Shown here: positions 19,934-27,653 of the stretch, in pieces
Position numbering within the stretch: position 1 is the stretch's first letter
How the letters are laid out: every line of letters begins with the position of its first letter
Assembly (NCBI GenBank): GCA_963736115.1
Contig: CAVTNR010000014.1
Span: 64,001-128,000 of the forward strand
Origin: an uncultured bacterium
Lineage (GTDB): Bacteria > Zhuqueibacterota > QNDG01 > DTFT01
DNA: 64,000 bases
Direction: 5' to 3'
Notes under the pieces: generated by a model
Told to the model about the DNA's origin: nothing
The model's database searches: none
The model's input: only the letters and a program-made list of their open reading frames with translations
Made by a program: the position numbers and the translations under genes

Positions 19934-21430
19934 ATGACGCAGGAGCAAATTTCCGGGTCCGTGTCCCGCCGCTCTTTCCTCGTGTCCTCAGCTGCCGCAG
20001 GGCTTGCCCTGGTAAACGCACCGCGAGCATTGAGCGGTAAAACGAGTCAGCGGGTGATAGGCTCCAATGACCGGATCAGGCTGGGCATCGCAGGCTTGCG
20101 TATCAAAGGCGCCTATCACATAGACATGTTCCGCGAAATGGATGATGTGCAGGTGGCGGCCATCTGCGATGTGGACAGCGACATTCTGGCCCGTGAAGCG
20201 GCCAAATTCGCTACGGCTGGCGAATCCGTGAAAACCTATTCGGATTACCGTCGGATGCTTGAGTCCCCGGATATCGATGCGGTTGTCGTCTCTACCCCCA
20301 ATCACTGGCACTCCCTGATGGGCATATGGGCGTGTCAGGCGGGCAAGGATGTGTATGTCGAAAAGCCGGTTTCACACAGCGTATGGGAAGGCCGGCAGCT
20401 CATCCGTGCCGGCCAGAAATACGGCCGGGTGGTTCAGGCTGGGATGCAAAAACGATCGGATGAGGGGTTGATCGAGGCTTTCCGTTATATTCGCGCGGGG
20501 AATCTCGGAAAAATCACACTGGTGCGGGGACTGTGTTACAAGCGCAGGACCTCCATTGGAAAAGTGAACGGTCCCCAGCCTATCCCGAAGCAAATCGATT
20601 ATGATTTATGGACCGGTCCGGCAGCGCTCGAGCCGCTCAGGCGGGAAAACCTGCATTACGACTGGCATTGGTTCTGGAATACGGGAAACGGTGATATCGG
20701 AAACCAGGGCATTCATGAAGTGGATCTTTGCCGATGGGTGCTGGATGAACCCGGATTTCCCCGATCGGTCATTGCCTACGGCGGCAGGTACGGATATGAA
20801 GATGACGGCGAAACCCCCAACACGCAGGTCATTGTGTACGATTATGCATCGGCTCCGATGATTTTCGAGGTCCGGGGACTGCCCCGTTCCTCGGGCAGTG
20901 AGGCCATGGATGATTACAAGGGAACCCGGATCGGCGTGGTGATCCAATGCGAAAACGGATATTTTGCAGGCGGAGATGGCGGGGGATGGGCGTATGACAA
21001 TTCCGGAAAGAAGCTCAAGCAATTTATCGGAACCGGAGGCGTAAAAGAGCATGCCGTCAATTTCATCCGTGCGGTTCGGGAACGCAAGCCGTCCGATTTG
21101 AACGGCGCTATTGAGGACGGGCACATTTCGTCAGCGTTGTGCCATATGGGGAACATTTCCTATCGGTTGGGAACGGAAACGGATTACGATACAGCCGGCA
21201 AATCCATGTCAGGCGACTCCTGGATGGAAGACACGTTCAATCGGTTCGGCAGCCACCTGGAGAACAACAGTTTGTCCTTACCTGGAATTCGCGTGTGCGC
21301 CGGCCCCAGGCTGGAGGTGGATCAGGCATCCGAATCCTTTGTGAGCAAAGAGGCCTACGACCCGGCGTATTTCGCCAATCTTCTGCTGAGGCGGGAATAT
21401 CGAGCGCCTTTCGTGGTTCCTGAATTTTGA
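19934..21430 (+). CDS. Gfo/Idh/MocA oxidoreductase, Tat-exported
   Basis: SRRSFL; STPNHWH, GKDVYVEKPVSH, DYDLWTGPA. Confidence 0.93.
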   Translation: MTQEQISGSVSRRSFLVSSAAAGLALVNAPRALSGKTSQRVIGSNDRIRLGIAGLRIKGAYHIDMFREMDDVQVAAICDVDSDILAREAAKFATAGESVKTYSDYRRMLESPDIDAVVVSTPNHWHSLMGIWACQAGKDVYVEKPVSHSVWEGRQLIRAGQKYGRVVQAGMQKRSDEGLIEAFRYIRAGNLGKITLVRGLCYKRRTSIGKVNGPQPIPKQIDYDLWTGPAALEPLRRENLHYDWHWFWNTGNGDIGNQGIHEVDLCRWVLDEPGFPRSVIAYGGRYGYEDDGETPNTQVIVYDYASAPMIFEVRGLPRSSGSEAMDDYKGTRIGVVIQCENGYFAGGDGGGWAYDNSGKKLKQFIGTGGVKEHAVNFIRAVRERKPSDLNGAIEDGHISSALCHMGNISYRLGTETDYDTAGKSMSGDSWMEDTFNRFGSHLENNSLSLPGIRVCAGPRLEVDQASESFVSKEAYDPAYFANLLLRREYRAPFVVPEF

Positions 21431-21447
21431 TAGCCCGGGATACCGAA

Positions 21448-21515
21448 GTAGTAGGGTGAGCCGGTAGGCCCACCATTGATCGCGCCAGTAGTAGGGTGGG
21501 CCGGTAGACCCACCA
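21448..21515. repeat. Two tandem GTAG-type REP units (40-bp period)
   Basis: GTAGTAGGGTGRGCCGGTAGRCCCACCAT x2; same family as 219-245. Confidence 0.7.
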
Positions 21516-21876
21516 TCATCACGGTCATTGCCCCAGGGTTCCAATCCCAAGCGAAAAGAGCCCAGATTTCCCTTGTTTTATTCTTTCTAAGGATTTATAT
21601 TAACTTCAATAATTTATTGCCAGTTGCAGTCCTTGTTCTCGATACGGGAGGGAATACATGCCGTTCGAAGTCAGGGAATTTTCCTCGAAAAATACTGGTA
21701 ACCGTCTGAACCCTGCAGGGTTTTCATTACTTATTCTACATTTCGTGCCTTTTTATTCCCTCTCCTTTTGTTCGATTTATTACAACTTATCAAATGCCTA
21801 TTTTAATCAAACTTATTCATTCGCTATTGGGAATATAGCATGAGAAGTCTCATTACAAAATCCTGTTCCATTCATT

Positions 21877-21999
21877 CCACTAATAGGAAAACGTTTTTCC
21901 TATTAGTGGGAAAAGCTCAATTTTACCCAGTGATAGGAAAATATTTACCAGTAATGGAAATATGTTTATAGTTTTGGAACCATCTAATAATAGTTATGC
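21877..21999 (+). mobile_element. Candidate integron attI site
   Basis: Core GTTATGC at 21993-21999 (GTTATGCGA complements TCGCATAAC of attC1); preceded by ATCTAATAATA and AT-rich TAATAGGAAA-type repeats, including a 15-bp inverted repeat at 21877-21909; no attC-like left arm. Confidence 0.5.
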
Positions 22000-22063
22000 G
22001 AGATATATGTCAATACGATTTAAAATGAACTAATATAATTACAGGAAACGGATTATATACTTC

Positions 22064-22354
22064 GTGAAAACAATTTTAATAAATTTACTAGGAATAATTA
22101 TATATAGTGGTCCCGTAATTTTCTATTTAATAACCAGATTCATAGGGTCCATTAAAAATGATAGATTGACCAATAGATTGTTTGTAGGTCAAATATTATT
22201 TCAAGCGATAGTAGGCATAATATTAATATATAGATATTTTCAAAATAAGTTTATTATTGAAGATTTAATAGTATTGTTTATTTGTGGAGCAATCACAATA
22301 ATTATCGATATAATATATATTCCTATTAGATTAATTGAGTTAAACGGGAAGTAA
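22064..22354 (+). CDS. Gene-cassette 1 ORF: small AT-rich membrane protein
   Basis: Three hydrophobic segments; lies between core site 21993 and attC1. Confidence 0.65.
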   Translation: MKTILINLLGIIIYSGPVIFYLITRFIGSIKNDRLTNRLFVGQILFQAIVGIILIYRYFQNKFIIEDLIVLFICGAITIIIDIIYIPIRLIELNGK

Positions 22355-22406
22355 AATATACCAATTACAGATTTATAAATATTGATTAAACAGATAACTG
22401 ATTTTC

Positions 22407-22513
22407 GCATAACCCGTTAATCGTGCGGACGGTGCCCTAATCGGTCTTGACTTCCTGGAGGGGCGTGCAATGCGAAATATCCCATTGCCGCCCGCACATC
22501 AACCATGTTATGC
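22407..22513 (+). mobile_element. attC site 1 (intact)
   Basis: GCATAAC…GTTATGC; arms GTTAATCGTGCGG / CCGCACATCAAC pair with an extrahelical base. Confidence 0.85.
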
Positions 22514-23167
22514 GGATATATGAGGTATTCAAATATGATCATACGAATATTCCCGTCAGCTGTGATAAGGTACCCAGCGATAGTTCATCAGATAAAAATA
22601 AAGCTGACTATTTCCCTGTTGAATTGAACACTAAATGGACATATCAGTATTCATCATATTTTATTTCGAGTGGTTTTGATGGCGATTTCGTAGAAGCAAC
22701 AGATGAATGGGAAATTATAAATAAAACAATAAATGATACGGTTATAATTTATACAGTAAATAGAAATTCAAAGGAAGAATTTGAAAAGAAATATCAATTG
22801 AAGAATTGGTTAAAATACGATACAACCATAATAAATAATGAGATGAGCGTGTTCAATATTTATGAAAATATTCATTTAAATGTAATATCGATTGACTTAA
22901 AAGAAAGCGATAGTATGAATTACCTAAAAATGGAAATTATCATCTTGAACATTAAACGGAGTAGGATCAATACCACCTGGAAGTATGGTTATGTTTCGAT
23001 TTGGTGATTATATCGTTGGCCATGGTCTAGTCAGGGAAGATATCAAACCTATAAATATAAAAATAGAAGGTGTGACGTATCATGGTCTTATTAAATTTGA
23101 TAAACAATCTATAAAAATTTATCCAATAATCATTACCCATAAAGTTATTAGAAAAATATCTTACTAG
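22510..23167 (+). pseudogene. Degenerate cassette-2 gene (lipoprotein-like, DYFP…WTY motif)
   Basis: SCDK…DYFPVELNTKWTY without an intact signal peptide; split into ORFs ending at 23007 and 23167. Confidence 0.5.
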
Positions 23168-23249
23168 AAATCTGTCGGTTGCTCAACCATATTATAAACT
23201 TGATGCATACAAATTATTAGATACATTATTGATTAAAATACTAAAATTG

Positions 23250-23280
23250 GCATAACACGATCATTCTCGGGACGGTGCCC
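23250..23280 (+). mobile_element. attC site 2, left arm (interrupted by IS)
   Basis: GCATAACACGATCATTCTCGGGACGGTGCCC; homologous to the attC1 left arm and pairs with 24728-24753. Confidence 0.85.
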
Positions 23281-23399
23281 CTTTAAAAAGGACAAAGTCA
23301 AGTATAAAATATCCTCTCGGGCGAAAACAATATGTTTTCGCCTAATGTAAAGATGGTTTGGATTGACGTAACAGCGTTCGTTCTTTGAAAAACTCTGTC

Positions 23400-23590
23400 T
23401 CTGTGCCGATTCAATATCGTTGAACGTCAATGGCGTCCATACCCCTTTCCGGGCTTGACTCTCTCAGATCGAGAGCGTTCCGAAATCGTCTCAGAACTAT
23501 CCCAGATATCTTATCGGCACTGCGAGCCTGACTTCCCAATCCCTACTGCGGATCTCTAGGATCCAGCACCGTCCCCGGGCTTGTCGGGCT
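23400..23590 (-). ncRNA. Bridge RNA / seekRNA of the IS1111-group element
   Basis: Minus-strand guides GGACGGTGC and AGTAGGG match target GACGGTG-CCC-TACT; AAGATATC and AAAGGGG match donor AAAATAT-CCC-CTTT; RNA ends are approximate. Confidence 0.8.
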
Positions 23591-24589
23591 CGGCCAGTGA
23601 CGCACTTTTACTCGTGTTAGTTTTTTCCCTTTAAAGGTAAAATCATAATCAGATTTCTTGGTGATGACGTGATACACGATACGGGCCAGTTCTTTGGCAA
23701 CCAGGTTCCGTGCAAGGTGTTTGTTTTTTTTACGGCATTTTCTTTGATAGAAGTCCCGGATTTCAGGGTAATTCGTGTAGGCGCTAACAGCCGCATCGTT
23801 GAAAACAATTTTTAGATAGTTATTGCCGGCTTTTGATTCTTTTTTGCCGTGCTTGCATTTTCCGCCCGAATTGGAAGCCGCAGGCACGACTCTCGAATAG
23901 GAGAAAAACTTTTTTTCCGTTGGGAATCTTGAAAAATCCCCAACTTCGAGAAAAATGGTGAATGCACTGATTTTACCGATACCTGGAATCCAGAGAATTC
24001 TCTGAACATCCTCATTGAGGACGACTTGAGGATAAATCGTTTTTTCCAGTTCTTTGACTTGTTCGTTTAGGAAATTGACATGCTCATCAAGCTGCTTGTA
24101 CTGAAATTGAAAAAGACCGGGTAGATCATCAGGATCGGTTACGTTGAATTTCTCAGTCAATCGGCAGATACTGTTTACGACACACGTTTTTCTTTGAATC
24201 AGGCGAAGTCTGGCTCTCATGAGATCGCGTTTATCCCTGAGAACGGGATCGATTTGATGGGCTTCAGGTATATAATCGATTCTAAGTAATTGTGCCATGG
24301 TTGTGGAATCGATTTGGTCTGTTTTGATTTTAGCAGTGGATATGGCTTTGAGTTTGTTGGTATTGGCCAGGATCATCTCGATGCCGTTCCCGTGAAGCAG
24401 GTCGGCGATCCAATACCATCCATTTGTGGATTCGACGACAACTTTGTGTGTGTTGCCAAGTTGTTGAAAATAATTGAGTATTTTATCGGGATGATTGTAT
24501 ATTTTCTGTTGCTCGATGACAACGCCTTTCTCATCGACGGTTGTCAGGTGAGAGAAGCTTTTATGAAGATCGATGCCGGTGTAATACAT
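23543..24589 (-). CDS. IS110-family DEDD recombinase/transposase
   Basis: GIDLHK, VVVEST, KTDQIDS, IPGIG, SNSGG (catalytic Ser), GNNYLK; GGGAGG RBS before ATG 24589. Confidence 0.96.
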   Translation of the reverse strand: MYYTGIDLHKSFSHLTTVDEKGVVIEQQKIYNHPDKILNYFQQLGNTHKVVVESTNGWYWIADLLHGNGIEMILANTNKLKAISTAKIKTDQIDSTTMAQLLRIDYIPEAHQIDPVLRDKRDLMRARLRLIQRKTCVVNSICRLTEKFNVTDPDDLPGLFQFQYKQLDEHVNFLNEQVKELEKTIYPQVVLNEDVQRILWIPGIGKISAFTIFLEVGDFSRFPTEKKFFSYSRVVPAASNSGGKCKHGKKESKAGNNYLKIVFNDAAVSAYTNYPEIRDFYQRKCRKKNKHLARNLVAKELARIVYHVITKKSDYDFTFKGKKLTRVKVRHWPSPTSPGTVLDPRDPQ

Positions 24590-24678
24590 GACGGGCCTCC
24601 CTGCTGACATTGGTGATTTTATGCTAATTTAATCACCTTGAATGAAAAGGGAAAGGACGTCCTTTTTGAAAATATCCC

Positions 24679-24753
24679 TACTCAGTTGTGGCTTTTTGAA
24701 AGCTGTGCAATCCGTAACCGATCATGTCCGCCCCGAGATGATCACCGTTACCA
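24679..24753 (+). mobile_element. attC site 2, right arm
   Basis: TACTCAGTTGTGGC…GTGCAATCCG…CCGCCCCGAGATGATCACC-GTT; homologous to attC1 and attC4. Confidence 0.85.
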
Positions 24754-24899
24754 TCTGGTTAGATGAGATTACTATAAACTATTTTAAAAAGTTAGCTGAT
24801 GAAATTGATGTGCCCTATCAGACATTAATCAATCTTTATCTAAGAGATTGTGCTGCTACTAATCGAAAACTATCTTTAAAATGTCGACCGGCCGGTTAA
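24747..24899 (+). pseudogene. 5'-truncated BrnA/CopG-like antitoxin remnant
   Basis: VTIWLDEITINYFKKLADEIDVPYQTLINLYLRDCA begins exactly at the attC2 GTT; no N-terminus or toxin gene. Confidence 0.7.
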
Positions 24900-24961
24900 T
24901 TTTCTCGGCCAACCCCAGATCCAATTGTGTCATTCGTTGAACCATACTGTGGAGCGAATCA

Positions 24962-26764
24962 ATGCTAAAAGAACATCCAAGAGGGTTACTTGTCGCATTC
25001 ATCGCCAACATGGGCGAACGCTTTGGCTTTTACACCATGATGGCCATTCTGGTGCTGTTCCTGCAGGCCAAATATGGTCTCAGCGAAAGAGAAGCAGGAA
25101 GTTACTACAGCTGGTTCTATTTCGGTATTTACGCGCTGGCGCTGTTTGGCGGCACGATAGCGGATTGGAGCAAAAAGTACAAGCTGGTCATTCTGGTTGG
25201 TCTGCTCGTCATGTTCTCCGGTTACATTATTATGAGTCTGCCGGGCAACACCCTTGCCATGACGCTGATCGGTCTTTTTATCATTGCCTTTGGCAATGGT
25301 TTATTTAAAGGCAACCTGCAGGCGGTGGTCGGTCAGATGTACGACAATCCGCAGTACTCCAAAGTCCGCGACTCCGCATACATGATTTTCTACATGGGCA
25401 TAAACGTCGGCGCTTTTTTCGCGCCATTTGCCGCCACAGCGGCCCGCAACTGGTTTTTAAAGACACAAGGGCTGCTCCACGACGGCAGTATGCCTGCCAT
25501 GTGTCATGCCTTCATGCGCGGAGAAATGAACGATATCGGAAAATTTCAGGCGCTCGCCGACAAAGTCTCCGGGCAAACGGTCACAAATCCGGGCGTATTT
25601 GCACAGCATTATATCGATGTTTTCTCCAGGGGTTACAATTATGCCTTTGCGCTCGCGGCAGGGGCGATGATTCTTTCCACCCTGGTTTTCGTCATTTTCA
25701 ATAAACATTTGCCGAACAAAGAAAATTCGGCCGTCAAGGAGAAAGTTGGTAAGGGATCACTGTCTTTTGTCTTGGCGCTGATCGCCGCCGCGGCATCAGC
25801 CGGTTTGGCATACCTCGCCTCCGGCAATGTGGACATATCGTTCGCTATCGGTCTTTTCATCGGGTTTGTAACATGGATCGTGCAGATTTCCACCAAAGAA
25901 GAACGGCCGCGCATCGTCGCCCTGCTACTGGTATTCCTAGTGGTCATCTTCTTCTGGATGTCATTCCACCAGAATGGGCTCACGCTCACCTTCTTCGCCC
26001 GCGATTATACGGTCAAGGAAGTCGGTCCTTTCACCAACATATTCTTCGATCTCACATCCATGCTGGTATTTATCGGAGCGGTGGCCGGATTTTTCCTGCT
26101 CCTGCTGAACAAGAAATCGTTGGGCAAATTGATCGGCGGAGTCATGTTGGCTGGTTTAGGCTATTTAACCTATTACTTTGTCTCGCGAAATCAGACTTTA
26201 AATCCCATCGCCCCCGAAGTATTTCAGTCATTCAATCCGCTCTTCATTGTTGCGCTAACTTTTCCGGTGATGGCCATTTTCGCCTGGTTGAATCGAAAAA
26301 ATATTGAGCCTTCAACGCCGAAAAAGATCGGCATCGGCATGATCATCGCATCCATCGGCTTTCTCATCGTGCTGGTCGCCTCCCTCAAGCTGGTGTCGCC
26401 GCACATGCTGCAATACGTCGACGGGTTCGGCAAGCAGGCGTACAATCCGGTGCCGGATACATCGCGGGTCTCGCCCTACTGGCTGATCCACAGTTACCTC
26501 ATCCTCACCATTGCAGAACTATTCCTCAGTCCGATGGGATTGTCTTTTGTGTCGAAAGTTGCGCCAGTGCGTTTCCAGGGCGTGATGCAGGGTGGCTGGC
26601 TGCTGGCTACGGCCGTTGGTAACAAGCTCCTGGTCGTCGGCAGTTACTTCTGGGGCAAACTGGATCTGTGGCAGCTTTGGGGTATTTTTATCATCTGCTG
26701 TTTGTTATCGGCTGGATTTATTTTTTCAATCATGAAAAGGCTAGAGCAATCCACCAAAAGCTGA
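24962..26764 (+). CDS. POT/PTR-family proton-dependent oligopeptide MFS transporter
   Basis: MGERFGFY, GNGLFKGN, FYMGINVGA, FQSFNPLFI, AELFLSPMGLS. Confidence 0.93.
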   Translation: MLKEHPRGLLVAFIANMGERFGFYTMMAILVLFLQAKYGLSEREAGSYYSWFYFGIYALALFGGTIADWSKKYKLVILVGLLVMFSGYIIMSLPGNTLAMTLIGLFIIAFGNGLFKGNLQAVVGQMYDNPQYSKVRDSAYMIFYMGINVGAFFAPFAATAARNWFLKTQGLLHDGSMPAMCHAFMRGEMNDIGKFQALADKVSGQTVTNPGVFAQHYIDVFSRGYNYAFALAAGAMILSTLVFVIFNKHLPNKENSAVKEKVGKGSLSFVLALIAAAASAGLAYLASGNVDISFAIGLFIGFVTWIVQISTKEERPRIVALLLVFLVVIFFWMSFHQNGLTLTFFARDYTVKEVGPFTNIFFDLTSMLVFIGAVAGFFLLLLNKKSLGKLIGGVMLAGLGYLTYYFVSRNQTLNPIAPEVFQSFNPLFIVALTFPVMAIFAWLNRKNIEPSTPKKIGIGMIIASIGFLIVLVASLKLVSPHMLQYVDGFGKQAYNPVPDTSRVSPYWLIHSYLILTIAELFLSPMGLSFVSKVAPVRFQGVMQGGWLLATAVGNKLLVVGSYFWGKLDLWQLWGIFIICCLLSAGFIFSIMKRLEQSTKS

Positions 26765-27039
26765 GTGGATTGTGTAATAATAACGGCCTCGAAATTCGAG
26801 TTCCAGGCCGATTCTGGCAGAAAAATGGGTAAAATTCAATCGAGTCCGGATGCGATGCAAATGAAAATTTCAATCAACGATGATTTTGATTTTCACCATA
26901 TCACACAAAAATGGGGAATACTCCACTTTCATATACCTCCAACTTCCGGATATAAATACCCCGATCCAGCAGTGAAGCCCGGCATCATGATGCGCCCGGG
27001 GTTCGGAAACTCCGGGCGATCAAAAATATAATAAATATT

Positions 27040-27161
27040 GTATAACCCATGCATTTTGCTGGACGCAACCCGAACGTGCAATTTTCATAGTTGGCTGATC
27101 ACTTCATGGTTAGTAATGTATTTTAACCTTTAAGGTTGCGCCGCAAATGCTTGCGTTATGG
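27040..27161 (+). mobile_element. attC site 3 (intact)
   Basis: GTATAAC…GTTATGG; arms GCATTTTGCTGGACGCAACC / GGTTGCGCCGCAAATGC pair with three extrahelical bases. Confidence 0.85.
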
Positions 27162-27408
27162 TAGAAATCGTGGCAATTTTAAGTTTTCAAAGAAATATAT
27201 TAGATCAATAAAACTGCCAGGGGCGCCTGCCCATACCTAACCCCTCCCCTGAACGGCGCCTGGCAGTAACGAAAACAAAAGAAGAAGATATAATAGAAGA
27301 AGAAGGGAAATAGTGTAATCGGCAATTTTTAATTATACTAAAAATGTAAATTTGAAAATGTACGACTTCTTGTTTGAATCCTCTTTTAGAACAGAAAAGA
27401 TACTTCGA

Positions 27409-27500
27409 CCATAACCCGCACCTTGGACTCAGTTGTGGCTTCCTGGAGCCCGTGCAATCCGAAAGCAATCATGCCCGCCCGCACAGGTTGCCCGTTGTGA
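27409..27500 (+). mobile_element. attC site 4 (internally deleted left arm)
   Basis: CCATAAC (complement of GTTATGG at 27155)…GTTGTGA; middle and right part closely match attC1/attC2. Confidence 0.8.
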
Positions 27501-27584
27501 GTTGTTTGAGAGCGCAATAAAGTTGAACTCGACGTGCCGCACACTTTCAAAAGAACGGTAAACGTTAAAGCTGAAAATGATGCA

Positions 27585-27625
27585 TAAAAGACGGTTACTT
27601 TCTTCAAGAAAGTAACCGTCTTTTA
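27585..27625. other. Perfect 20-bp inverted repeat (terminator or operator)
   Basis: TAAAAGACGGTTACTTTCTT-C-AAGAAAGTAACCGTCTTTTA. Confidence 0.6.
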
Positions 27626-27653
27626 ATCGGGATAATAGAAAAGGGAGGAAAAG

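Larger units (their letters stand above)
23281..24678 (-). mobile_element. IS110-family, IS1111-group insertion sequence inserted in attC2
   Basis: Subterminal IRs TTTAAAAAGGAC (23282-23293) and GTCCTTTTTGAA (24659-24670); CCC core at both junctions; removing it restores an attC; long non-coding region 3' of tnp. Confidence 0.92.

Noticed and set aside
21520-21870. Integron integrase remnant upstream of the candidate attI, and the short ORFs there
   Set aside because: I could not read any tyrosine-recombinase motifs on either strand; the ORFs look spurious
24642-24899. 85-aa ORF as an intact gene
   Set aside because: Its first ~35 codons are IS end and attC2 sequence; only the 3' part is antitoxin-derived
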